Source: Thermoflexales bacterium (GTDB lineage Bacteria > Chloroflexota > Anaerolineae > Fen-1058). Taken from it: a stretch of 64,000 nt of DNA. Numbering within the stretch: the stretch's first letter is position 1; the number at the start of each line of letters is the position of its first letter. Both the position numbers and the translations under genes were made by a program. The notes below the pieces were generated by a model. The model was not told the origin of the DNA. It did no database searches and saw only the letters and a list, made by a program, of their open reading frames with translations. This document shows positions 8,650 to 17,383 of the stretch, piece by piece. The stretch covers positions 24,844 through 88,843 of the forward strand of contig DAOTXX010000129.1 in the NCBI GenBank assembly GCA_034434835.1, in the 5' to 3' direction.

Positions 8650-9413
8650 GCCAGCCCCAATCTCCAGCCGTTGGCATACACCAACATTCTGCCTCGCCGC
8701 AAGTAACCGACGAGGGTAATGTTCCAGACCTGGGCCAGCCGCACCGAAAGGCTCGTCGGCGAGGTGCGGCTGGCGATGATCGGGCAGCCCATCTTGGCTG
8801 CCTTGTTCAGCATCTCGCTGCTGATGCGCCCTGTGGTCAGCAGAATACCCCCGCGGGTGTCCACGCCGCGCAAAAAGCAGTCGCCGCGAATCTTGTCGAG
8901 CGTGTTGTGCCGACCCACGTCTTCGCCATAACTTACCATCGTCGTGCCCAAGAACAATCCGCTCGTATGGACGCCGCGCGTCCGACGATACAATCGTGCG
9001 GCGCCTTGCAGTTGTTCCATCAAACTCCACAGATCCTCGGCGCGCAGCCGCGTGTCGGAATTGAGCGGTGCTTGGGTCCCGCTCAGGTCATCAAAGGTCA
9101 CGCCGCCGCCGCATCCCGAAGTGAGGATGCGCTTGCGTGGCGGCTCGATGTGATGCGTGAGCCACACATCCACACACGATCCACTTGGACAGATGTGAAC
9201 AGCACGGATTTCTTGCCTTGAGGCGATCAATCCCTCGTTGGCAAGGAACCCCACCGCCAAATAGTCTTGTTGGATCGGCGTGGCAGCGATGGTCGCTAGC
9301 TCCTGCCCGTTAACGTGGATGCTCACTGAGACCTCTTCAATGACCTCGCCGTCAACCGGCTGCCAGTGTCCGTCAAAGGCGTGATAAGTTGTCGGAATCG
9401 CGCCGTCGGTCAT
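8646..9413 (-). CDS. fdhD: Formate dehydrogenase accessory sulfurtransferase FdhD.
   Basis: Sequence MTDGAIPTTYHAFDGHWQPVDGEVIEE...GCGGGVTFDDL...VGRHNTLDKI, with FdhD-family conserved Cys and HN motifs. The start is the internal ATG, or a TTG two codons upstream. Confidence 0.8.
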   Translation of the reverse strand: MTDGAIPTTYHAFDGHWQPVDGEVIEEVSVSIHVNGQELATIAATPIQQDYLAVGFLANEGLIASRQEIRAVHICPSGSCVDVWLTHHIEPPRKRILTSGCGGGVTFDDLSGTQAPLNSDTRLRAEDLWSLMEQLQGAARLYRRTRGVHTSGLFLGTTMVSYGEDVGRHNTLDKIRGDCFLRGVDTRGGILLTTGRISSEMLNKAAKMGCPIIASRTSPTSLSVRLAQVWNITLVGYLRRGRMLVYANGWRLGLA

Positions 9414-9641
9414 CCCCAATTGCAGAATCTCAAGTCGAATTCAGATTGTTTGTCGTGGATTGGCAAACCAATAACGCGGGCTGTGCGGTCCGCGGGGCTT
9501 TGGAACGTCGCGGATTATAGTCCTGAGTTGCTCAGTGTCAAGCGTTTTGCAAACTCGTGGCGGAGCCTGGCTTTGACAAGGACGGCTATATCTGGCGGCT
9601 TGAGATGCGGTCCGCCGCTGTATGTGGCGATTGTCAGAGGT

Positions 9642-10826
9642 CTATGCTGACCTTTGGCCGCTGTTGGCCGAACGCTGCGCGATCCCTTGCAATTCGAACA
9701 ACTCGATCTCTGGCGGACATAGAAAGCGCGCGCGGGGCGCGCCGCGGCCCTCCATCCCAATTCCCCGGCTGACATATAACATTGTGTTCCCTTCGACGTA
9801 TCGGCCCATCTCATAACGCTTCCAGAAGCGGGAACTCGTCACGAGCGCGCCAAAAAGTGGCAGGCGGATTTGTCCGCCGTGCGTGTGACCGCACAGATAC
9901 AGGTCCACTTGCTCTTGCCTGGCTTGCGGCATCAAGTCCGGGGTGTGGTAGAGCAGCACCATGAAAGGCGATGAGGGGTTGTTAGGGACGTTGCTCATCA
10001 CCTGCCGGAGCGTGTGACTGTCTCGCTTCGCGTTGTTGGTGCAGGAGACGCCGACAATGACCATGGCGGGTTCATCGTCGGAGCCAAGTTTGACCGACTC
10101 GATCTTGTTATGGAGCCGACGCACGTTCAACCCGTTCAGCACCTTGTCCACGACTGGCGGCGGATCAACCGAAGGGCTACCGCTGATGGCATATACACCG
10201 AGCGGCGCACGCAGATGGGAGAGCACCTCTCGACAGTCGGCGTGTGCGCGTTCGTCGTAGGTATAGGAAAGGTTGAGCAGGTCGCCAGTGAGGACGATCA
10301 GGTCGGGCCGCAGTTCCTCCACTAGCTCCACGAGCTGACGTTCGCGCGGCGTGATCCGCTCGATGTGCAGATCGCTCAAGTGAAGCACGCGGAGCGGCGG
10401 CAGCCCGTTCAGCTTGGGCGATTTGATCTGGATATGCGTCACGCCCAATCGAAACGGTTCGACCCACAGGCTGTACCACGCAGTGCCGGTCATGGCAATC
10501 TGAAGAGCAGCGATGGCAGCGGTGATCCATGCGGCCTGCGCGTGAGCGGCTGCAACGACCAACGCCCAGCGCACGAGAGCCAGCGCGAGCAGCGAGGCCG
10601 TCACCGGTCCGAATGATTTGCCGCGCTTGGGCAGCCAGGCCAGCATGACCCAATCAACAGCCATGAGCGCGGCCAGGCCAATGCCGGCCATCATGGTCCA
10701 CGTCCGGGCCGCGTGCGCGGCGAGCATCGCCAGCGCGAGAAAGATGAGCCATGCCGGGAGGCGTTCCAGCCAATCGCTGAGAACGACCGCGTAATGAATC
10801 CAGCCGAATTTGGGTTGGTCGGTCAT
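9642..10826 (-). CDS. Membrane-anchored calcineurin-like metallophosphoesterase (YkuE-like).
   Basis: N-terminal hydrophobic helices followed by metallophosphatase motifs (HLSDLH, GDLLN, GHTHGG). Confidence 0.75.
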   Translation of the reverse strand: MTDQPKFGWIHYAVVLSDWLERLPAWLIFLALAMLAAHAARTWTMMAGIGLAALMAVDWVMLAWLPKRGKSFGPVTASLLALALVRWALVVAAAHAQAAWITAAIAALQIAMTGTAWYSLWVEPFRLGVTHIQIKSPKLNGLPPLRVLHLSDLHIERITPRERQLVELVEELRPDLIVLTGDLLNLSYTYDERAHADCREVLSHLRAPLGVYAISGSPSVDPPPVVDKVLNGLNVRRLHNKIESVKLGSDDEPAMVIVGVSCTNNAKRDSHTLRQVMSNVPNNPSSPFMVLLYHTPDLMPQARQEQVDLYLCGHTHGGQIRLPLFGALVTSSRFWKRYEMGRYVEGNTMLYVSRGIGMEGRGAPRARFLCPPEIELFELQGIAQRSANSGQRSA

Positions 10827-10841
10827 GATAAGCTCTGCTGG

Positions 10842-10937
10842 AAAACGTCACGTGAAGCGGTCAAACGTGAAACGTCATCATGGCTTTTGACGTTTGACGC
10901 CTGACGTTTGACTTGCCACGTTTCACGCGTCACGTTT
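10842..10937. repeat. Heptamer-periodic inverted-array hairpin repeat (GTCAAAC/GTGAAAC/ACGTCA units and their complements).
   Basis: aaacgtcacgtgaagcggtcaaacgtgaaacgtcatca...ttgacgtttgacgcctgacgtttgacttgccacgtttcacgcgtcacgttt. The left and right halves are reverse complements built from 7-nt units. It sits between the tupC stop and the phosphoesterase start. Confidence 0.7.
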
Positions 10938-11685
10938 AGTATATCATATCGCCGCGAACAAAAGCCACCGTGCGGGGATCGTGCGGAGATTCAAAGAACG
11001 TGGTAGTATCTGCGATCTCGATGATTCGGCCGCTGAGCATCAGCCCGACGCGCTGAGCCAGTCGTCGCGCTTGAAAGACGTTGTGTGTCACCAGGACCAC
11101 CGTCGTGCCGCGCTCATGGTTATGCTGGCGCACAATGTCTTCGATCAGACCGACGTTATAGGGGTCGAGATTGGCGGTCGGCTCATCGAGCAAGAGCACC
11201 GCCGGGTCAATCACCAGCGCGCGGGCGAGCGCCACGCGCTGCATCTCGCCGCCCGAAAGCTTGTGAGCGGGGGTGCGCGCCAGCGTCTCTAGCCCGACGT
11301 ATGAAAGCAGCTTGCTCACACGGCCATCCGCGCTCTGTCCGCGCAGTCGCAGCCCGTACGCCACATTATCGTGAACGCTGGCCTTGAGCAGCACCGGACG
11401 CTGAAAGACCGTCGTCACCTGTCGCCGCACGGCGAGCGGCACGTCACTGCCCAGCCGTTGGCCTTGATAGATGAGCTGACCGGCCGTTGGCGTTTCGAGA
11501 AAGTTGAGCAAGCGCAGTAGCGTGGACTTGCCTGCGCCACTTGGCCCGACCAGCGCCAGAATCTCGCCGCGCCAGACTTGTAACCGCTCGATGTCCACGA
11601 CGGCGCGGCCATTGTATTCTTTTCTCAGGCCCTCGATTTGGTAGATCACTTGACCTATCATCAGTTCATCGTTCGTCCTTCTCAT
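10936..11685 (-). CDS. tupC: ABC transporter ATP-binding protein (tungstate/molybdate-type).
   Basis: Walker A GPSGAGKST, signature LSGGEMQRVALARAL and Walker B LLLDEP. Overlaps the upstream permease gene. Confidence 0.8.
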   Translation of the reverse strand: MRRTNDELMIGQVIYQIEGLRKEYNGRAVVDIERLQVWRGEILALVGPSGAGKSTLLRLLNFLETPTAGQLIYQGQRLGSDVPLAVRRQVTTVFQRPVLLKASVHDNVAYGLRLRGQSADGRVSKLLSYVGLETLARTPAHKLSGGEMQRVALARALVIDPAVLLLDEPTANLDPYNVGLIEDIVRQHNHERGTTVVLVTHNVFQARRLAQRVGLMLSGRIIEIADTTTFFESPHDPRTVAFVRGDMIY

Positions 11686-12380
11686 TCGTCCTTTGCCATT
11701 CCTTGCAGTCGAAGCATCGCCGCGTTCGCCAGGAACGCAAGCGCGAGCAGGATAATACCCAGCGCGATCGCCAGGCTGAACTCGCCTGTGCGCGTGTTGA
11801 GCACAATGGCGGTCGTGAGCACGCGCGTCTTGCCCTCGATGTTGCCGCCCACCAGCATCACCGCACCCACTTCGGAGATGATGCCGCCGAATGCGGCGAC
11901 GATGGCCGCCACCACGCCGATGCGCGCCTCGCGCAGCACGGTCCAGATTTCTTGGACGCGCGTCGCGCCCAGCGAGCGCATCTGGAGGCGCAGGTTGAGG
12001 TCAACACCTTGCACGGCGGTCATCGTGAGTCCACACACGAGCGGAAAGGCGATGATGACTTGCGCCACGATCATCGCGCTGGGCGTGAACAACCAGCCCA
12101 GCGTTCCCAGCGGCCCGCTGCGCGAAAGCATCAGATAGACAAACAGCCCAACGACGACCGGTGGCAGTCCCATGCCGGTGTACAGGAAAGCGGTGACCAG
12201 CCCACGCGCTCGCACGCGCGTAAGGCCCAGCGCCGCGCCGATCGGCACACCCGTCAACGTGCTAATGACAAGCGCTGCACCCGTCACGCGCAGCGAAAGC
12301 CAGATGATTTGCAGCAGCGCCGGGTCGCCGGAAAGGATCAGTTGGATGGCTTGCGTCAGTCCACGAATGAGGTCGTTCAT
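11682..12380 (-). CDS. tupB: ABC transporter permease (tungstate/molybdate-type).
   Basis: 232 aa, multi-TM, BPD-transport-like permease, coupled to tupC. Confidence 0.75.
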   Translation of the reverse strand: MNDLIRGLTQAIQLILSGDPALLQIIWLSLRVTGAALVISTLTGVPIGAALGLTRVRARGLVTAFLYTGMGLPPVVVGLFVYLMLSRSGPLGTLGWLFTPSAMIVAQVIIAFPLVCGLTMTAVQGVDLNLRLQMRSLGATRVQEIWTVLREARIGVVAAIVAAFGGIISEVGAVMLVGGNIEGKTRVLTTAIVLNTRTGEFSLAIALGIILLALAFLANAAMLRLQGMAKDE

Positions 12381-12410
12381 AGTGGTGTGACCTTGCCGGT
12401 GTATTTTACC

Positions 12411-13316
12411 TCAATTACTGAGGGGCGTGTTGGGATAGAACAGGGGCTGGCCGAATTTGTCTTGGCCATAGCTGCCGATCAGCCTTTGTGTTTCCGGCGA
12501 GAGAATCCACTGGACAAACTTGGCGGTCATGTCTGCGTTCACACCTGGATGCTTGATGGGATCAACTGCTAACACGCCGTAAGGGTTGAGCAATGTCCTA
12601 TCCTTATTCTCGGCGATGCTGTGGCCACCCACCACAACGATCAGGTTGGGCAGCTTGTCCTTCATCGAAAGATACGTGCCCCGGTCGGTGAGGGTGTACA
12701 TGCCCTTTTCGTTCGAGGCGAGCAGCGTCTCACCCATGCCCTGGCCGAGCGAGTTGTACCATGCCATGTCTTTGGTGGGCGTGATGCCCGCACTGGCCCA
12801 GATGCTCAACTCTTTGGTGTTCGTGCCGCTCTTGTCGCCCCGGCTGGCAAAGGGAGATTGGAGATGGGAGATGGCCTTGAACGCTTCGACCGAGCTGGTC
12901 ATGCCATTGACCTTGGCCGGGTCGTTCTTGGGGCCGAGCACGATGAAATCGTTGTACATCACGTCAAAACGTTGTTGGGCATGACCGTCGGCAACAAATC
13001 TATCCTCCTGAGCGCGGGCGTGCACGAGCAGCACATCGGCGTCGCCCTTGGCGCCGATCTCGATCGCCTGACCGGTGCCTACGGCAACCACGTCCACCTT
13101 GCAGTTGTATTTCTTTTCAAAGTCAGGCAGGATAAAGGTCAGCAAGCCCGAATCGGCAGTGCTGGTCGTCGTAGCGAGTCGGAGTGTGCAGTTGGCAGTT
13201 GATTTGTGGGTTGGTGGGATGGTCGGCTGAATCGGCGCGGGCGTTGCGATTTGTCCACAGGCGGATGCGAGTAGAGCGAGAACGATCACAGCGAAGGGTC
13301 GAGAGAGGCGGTTCAC
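12411..13316 (-). CDS. tupA: Tungstate ABC transporter substrate-binding lipoprotein.
   Basis: Lipoprotein signal peptide (LLASACGQ) and the TupA-type anion-binding motif TTTSTADSGLL. Confidence 0.75.
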   Translation of the reverse strand: MNRLSRPFAVIVLALLASACGQIATPAPIQPTIPPTHKSTANCTLRLATTTSTADSGLLTFILPDFEKKYNCKVDVVAVGTGQAIEIGAKGDADVLLVHARAQEDRFVADGHAQQRFDVMYNDFIVLGPKNDPAKVNGMTSSVEAFKAISHLQSPFASRGDKSGTNTKELSIWASAGITPTKDMAWYNSLGQGMGETLLASNEKGMYTLTDRGTYLSMKDKLPNLIVVVGGHSIAENKDRTLLNPYGVLAVDPIKHPGVNADMTAKFVQWILSPETQRLIGSYGQDKFGQPLFYPNTPLSN

Positions 13317-13431
13317 GGTGTCCTCCAGGTTGGGAATGTGATTCGTTATACTGAAATAGGATAGCGTAAAAGGAAGGAATTGTCAAACGGGGTGTGGGAA
13401 ACGTGGTGGAGACGGCGAATCAAACGGCCTG

Positions 13432-13743
13432 TTAGGCTACCTTCATCATTGGAGCGCGAACTCTTACTTCTCGCTCTATACGACTCGCCAAAGTATCTGC
13501 GGTCACATCTAAATCGTAATCCATCTGTAGCCCCAGCCAGAACTGAGGAGAATTACCAAAGTAACGTGCCAAACGCAGAGCCGTGTCAGCCGTAATGCGC
13601 CGTTCACCTAATACGATCTCATTGATGCGACGAGGCGGTACGCCGATTTCCAGGGCCAAGCGGTTTTGACTTAGCTCCATTGGCTTGAGAAATTCTTCTA
13701 GCAAGACCTCTCCTGGATGAACCGGTTTTAGCTTTTCAGTCAT
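13432..13743 (-). CDS. higA: HigA-family antitoxin-like HTH (XRE) protein; appears orphan.
   Basis: MTEKLKPVHPGEVLLEEFLKPMELSQNRLALEIGVPPRRINEIVLGERRITADTALRLARYFGNSPQFWLGLQ, the canonical HigA/VapI pattern. No HigB-like ORF was found in the 440 bp upstream. Confidence 0.75.
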   Translation of the reverse strand: MTEKLKPVHPGEVLLEEFLKPMELSQNRLALEIGVPPRRINEIVLGERRITADTALRLARYFGNSPQFWLGLQMDYDLDVTADTLASRIEREVRVRAPMMKVA

Positions 13744-14258
13744 GGTTACATTCTCCTAGCGCGGACAAGCCGCAACCAAACAGGTGTTGATTTGCAGTAC
13801 TCGCATCAATCCGGTATCATTAGCCTCAGCTTGTATTTCGCACCCCTGCGAACGCAGCGCACAGGGGCTGGATGACCAATAGGCCCCATGGTAGGCTATC
13901 CAGCGGCCCATTGGTCAAAGATTTCGCCCGGTTGGGCGTGTATGCTCTTGTTGGCTGGCTCCTGCCCGTGACCGGGGCAGGTCAATCCGCCACCGACGGA
14001 ATCCGCCAGTGGTTCAGGCCGCCACCTCGACGCGCGGAGGTGGCACGTTGCCTGGCACGCGGCTGGGTAAGAACAGTAAGGTGGACCCCTTCGTCAAGAC
14101 ACAAAAGTCACCAACTTTAAGGTGCAATTTGTCCTTTCTGTAGGATGGCTGTGGCGGGCTGGCCGCCGCCGCCGTCGGGGCTGTGGATTCGGGGGGCAAG
14201 TGCGTTCTTTGCAGTTGTCCCCCGAATCCACAGCCCACTTGAGTCCGAGGAACGTGCT

Positions 14259-15071
14259 TTACGCCTCCTTTCGGTAGTAGACTTGAGCTGGCGTCCGATA
14301 GTCGAGCGACTGGTGCGGACGCTCATCGTTATAGAACTGGAAGTAGCGCCCGATGCCGTGGCGCGCCTCACGCGGGGCGGCGTACTCGTGCAGATACACA
14401 TCTTCATACTTGACGGTCCGCCAGAGTCGCTCGACAAAGATGTTGTCCAACGCGCGGCCCTGGCCGTCCATGCTGATCTGCACGCCCGCGGCCGTCAGTC
14501 GGTCCAGGTACTGCGAGCTAGTGAAGTGGCTACCCTGATCGCTATTCCAGATTTGCGGCGTGGCCTGGGCCAAGGCGCGGTCAACCGCTTTCAACACGAA
14601 TGGCATTTCGAGCGTCTGGTCAAGTTCCCAGCTCAGCACATAGCGCGAGAACATGTCCAGCACAGCGACCAGGTACATCCAGCCCCCAGCCAGACGGATA
14701 TAGGTGATGTCAATGCCCCACACCTGGTTGGGACGGCCGATGACCAGATTCCGCAGTAAATACGGGTAAATCGCATGGGCCGCGTTGCGTTGGCTCAGGT
14801 TAGGGCCAGGGCAAATGCCCGCAATGCACATCTCGCGCATGTGCCGTTGGACGGCTTTGCGGTTGATCCGAGTCCCTTCTTGGTTCAGGATGACCGTGAT
14901 CCGGCGCGAGCCATAGAACGGATGCGCGGTGTAGATTTCATCAATGCGGTGCTTGATAGCGACCTCCTCGGCCGAAGGCGACACCGGCTGGTAGTACAAA
15001 CTGGTGCGATTCAACCCGAGCAACTCGGCCTGTAGTGTGAGAGACAAGTCGCTGTTGTGGCGTTCAACCAT
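14259..15071 (-). CDS. IS3-family transposase OrfB (DDE integrase core).
   Basis: 270 aa with an rve-type catalytic core (WGIDITYI, LVAVLDMFSRYV, NSDQGSHFTS...RLWRTVKYE). Confidence 0.85.
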   Translation of the reverse strand: MVERHNSDLSLTLQAELLGLNRTSLYYQPVSPSAEEVAIKHRIDEIYTAHPFYGSRRITVILNQEGTRINRKAVQRHMREMCIAGICPGPNLSQRNAAHAIYPYLLRNLVIGRPNQVWGIDITYIRLAGGWMYLVAVLDMFSRYVLSWELDQTLEMPFVLKAVDRALAQATPQIWNSDQGSHFTSSQYLDRLTAAGVQISMDGQGRALDNIFVERLWRTVKYEDVYLHEYAAPREARHGIGRYFQFYNDERPHQSLDYRTPAQVYYRKEA

Positions 15072-15081
15072 GGTCAGCCGC

Positions 15082-15387
15082 TCATCTCTCGACAGTGTTG
15101 AGGCCAGATTTTTTTTTGAGCCAAGCTAACTGCGTCGTTAGTCGGCCAATCTCGGTGTACAACTCCTCAACTTCGCGCTCGTGCGTCGCTTTCAGTTCAC
15201 GCGTTGCGCGTTGCTCGTCCGCAAACACCGTCGGCAGTCCCGCGATGGCCTGCGACTTCCAGCGCCGAAGTTGATTGGGGTGCACACCTTGTTCAGACGC
15301 AATTTGCGAGAGCGCCTTTTCTTCTTTCAACACTTCCAGCACGAGCTGGGCCTTGAGGTTAGCACTGTATTGTTTTCGCATGGTCAT
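15082..15387 (-). CDS. IS3-family transposase OrfA (HTH/leucine zipper).
   Basis: MTMRKQYSANLKAQLVLEVLKEEKALSQIASEQGVHPNQLRRWKSQ... ending LKKKSGLNTVER at the A9 frameshift window. Confidence 0.85.
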   Translation of the reverse strand: MTMRKQYSANLKAQLVLEVLKEEKALSQIASEQGVHPNQLRRWKSQAIAGLPTVFADEQRATRELKATHEREVEELYTEIGRLTTQLAWLKKKSGLNTVER

Positions 15388-15435
15388 GCTCCTACCTTAA
15401 GTCGGCTCCTTTTCTTGTCTAGTTTTACGGGTACA

Positions 15436-15891
15436 TTATAGTTCCTCGTCCAATGCACTCTCAACCTCCGGCCAGGAAACAGGCGGATATATCCGCGCGG
15501 GATCCGGGCCCTGAAGGACGATACAGCGTCCGGCCCGGATGTGCGCGCGATGCAGGGCCCAAGAGCTGTCAACGATGTCCGTCCGCAATTGGTGAGTCGG
15601 AGGTGATGGTTGCCGGGCTTCTGACAGAAGGATATAGTATCCATCCAGCTCTGCGCCGAGAGGGGGGAAATCTCGGGCAAGAGTGGCGTAAAGGTTATCC
15701 AATTCCTTCTTTTCCCGATCGGTGAGCGCCGTTCTCAGAATCACGTGGAAGTCAATGTCACCGATGGGGCCAGATTCCGGAAAAGCCGCGGCTCCATAGA
15801 GATAAAGCCCGTGCAGCTTGTCACAGAGCACGGTGCGCAGGCCCCGAAGGAGCGCCCGGCACAGATCTTGGATTTCCTCTGGGAGTTCCAT
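15436..15891 (-). pseudogene. Truncated nucleotidyltransferase (ANT(3'')/AadA-like NTase domain) whose 3' part was removed by the IS3 insertion.
   Basis: Pol-beta NTase motif LYLYGAAAFPESGPIGDIDFHV. It is 151 aa versus about 260 aa for family members. Its stop codon abuts the IS end at 15434/15435, and the C-terminal DUF4111-like part is absent. Confidence 0.6.
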
Positions 15892-16049
15892 TCCGTTCTA
15901 TTGCGCCAACGCCCCGCACTTTAGCCGCACATGGGCATGGCCAAGTATCCCGCGTCAATCGAGACGACACACTGACGAGTTAGCCCGCGTGTGCCCGCGT
16001 GAAACGATACCTCGTTAGGTCTGCGGTGTTGTAACGGCTCAGGCCGTCA

Positions 16050-16238
16050 TCAGGGCGTTGGTGTAGGCAAGTTGGTGATGATGTTGGAGAACACATTGCC
16101 AATGGCCGGGCCAAGCAAAGCCAAAATGACGATGATGCAAATCGGTACTAGAGTGCAGACCGCCAAAAGAACCAAAAGCACCACAACCACTATAAGCCAT
16201 TTGCTCTTGGTCGGCGCGGCAGATGGTGGATTGTCCAT
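16050..16238 (-). CDS. Small hydrophobic membrane protein (62 aa), hypothetical.
   Basis: One long TM segment (WLIVVVVLLVLLAVCTLVPICIIVILALLG). It lies directly downstream of the lipoprotein gene on the same strand. Weak support. Confidence 0.3.
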   Translation of the reverse strand: MDNPPSAAPTKSKWLIVVVVLLVLLAVCTLVPICIIVILALLGPAIGNVFSNIITNLPTPTP

Positions 16239-16330
16239 GACTGTCTCCTTTCAGTTGGAGTGGTGCACCGGCAAGGCGAGCCCTTCGCACCAGAGGCGAG
16301 AGGAGCCTGGTCGGCTGGGTCTTTATTCTA

Positions 16331-17383
16331 TCACTCAGCCTCCTTACGGAGGAGGCAAGTTGGATTCTTGAGCACCATCGTTATCTCACTGTTGGCCAGG
16401 TCCGCTTCCAGGTGCCAATCGTTGCTGACATGCTCGCCCGCGCTATCCTTGGCTTTAAGGACAAGCGTCCCTTGTGTCTCAATGCCATCTTTTGTCTTGA
16501 CCACGATCGGGACTCCTGGCCCGCCTGGGGTTGGCCGGCTGAAAGAGATTTGTTCAAAGTCCGCCAGGTTGGCCAGAATCTCCTCTGTTCCACGTTTCAG
16601 GTAGAATGAATTGGACGTTGTCGTACGGTTTGTGCCGCCAATGGCATAGCCTGCCGTAGAATAGTACCGGAAGGCAAATCGAGGATTAGAGACGGCCTGT
16701 GCCAGCCCCGCCGGTTCCGTCACCTGAATCTTCCACTGGGTCACTGGCTTGGTCGGTGTAAACCTGGGAGTCGGACTGGCCTTGGGCAGTTGGGTCAGTA
16801 CGATTGTACAAGTCGTACCCAGATCATACTTTTTCTGATCAGAGCCTTCCAGGATACCCAGCAATCTTCCTCCAAGCTCCTGGTTGTCTGCCAGGGTTAC
16901 CATGTGTACTCCCTGACTTTCGTAAGCTCGTCGAAATAGGGTCAACGGGATGAGCAGGTAAACTCCGTCAGTGGTTTTGAGCAGGAGCTTGTTGGGGGCA
17001 TTCAACAAGTCCTTGCTTGTGTCAATCCGGCGCACTTCAGTTGTGACCTCAGTGCCGAGTTTGGTCGTCAATTGAACCATGGGATACGTACCGTCGGACT
17101 GCAGAGTTGGCATCGGCGGCACTGGCATGGGCGGACATGGAACAGGCGTGCCCATCGGTATGGGGGTCGTAGTCGGGCGAGTGGGGAGAGGAGTGCGGGA
17201 AACCAGCGGGGGTGCTGTCCGGGTTGAAAGGATCGTCGGCGTACGTGTGGCCGCGATCTGTGTCGGCGTCAGTTTGCGCAGCGGTGTGGCGGTGGGCGTT
17301 GGAAGGGCTGCCATAAGGTTGCATCCCATCAAGATGGCGGCGACCAATGCAATGCCAAGTATTTGTTGCAGTGACTTGCTCAT
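16331..17383 (-). CDS. Secreted lipoprotein with a Pro/Thr-rich linker, unknown function.
   Basis: Signal peptide plus lipobox (ILMGCN), a long PT-rich low-complexity segment, then a globular C-terminal domain. Confidence 0.55.
   Translation of the reverse strand: MSKSLQQILGIALVAAILMGCNLMAALPTPTATPLRKLTPTQIAATRTPTILSTRTAPPLVSRTPLPTRPTTTPIPMGTPVPCPPMPVPPMPTLQSDGTYPMVQLTTKLGTEVTTEVRRIDTSKDLLNAPNKLLLKTTDGVYLLIPLTLFRRAYESQGVHMVTLADNQELGGRLLGILEGSDQKKYDLGTTCTIVLTQLPKASPTPRFTPTKPVTQWKIQVTEPAGLAQAVSNPRFAFRYYSTAGYAIGGTNRTTTSNSFYLKRGTEEILANLADFEQISFSRPTPGGPGVPIVVKTKDGIETQGTLVLKAKDSAGEHVSNDWHLEADLANSEITMVLKNPTCLLRKEAE

Larger units (their letters stand above)
14214..15434 (-). mobile_element. IS3-family insertion sequence (about 1.2 kb) encoding OrfA and OrfB with a -1 frameshift site.
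   Basis: The termini read TG...CA, with imperfect terminal IRs TGTCCCCCGAATCCACAGCCCAC (low end) and TGTACCCGTAAAACTAGACAAGA (high end, complementary strand). An A9 slippery run at about 15104-15112 sits at the orfA/orfB junction. Boundaries are +/-5 bp. Confidence 0.65.

Noticed and set aside
7540-8706. 388-aa + ORF.
   Set aside because: Antisense shadow of the zinc peptidase gene with low-complexity Arg/Ala composition.
11541-12572. 343-aa + ORF rich in Arg/His/Asp.
   Set aside because: It lies antisense across tupB/tupC, and its composition is that of a GC-frame artefact.
13744-14180. Search for a HigB toxin gene or the missing C-terminal half of the truncated nucleotidyltransferase.
   Set aside because: Translations of all minus-strand frames give only low-complexity Ala/Pro/Arg peptides with no RelE/HigB or DUF4111-like pattern.
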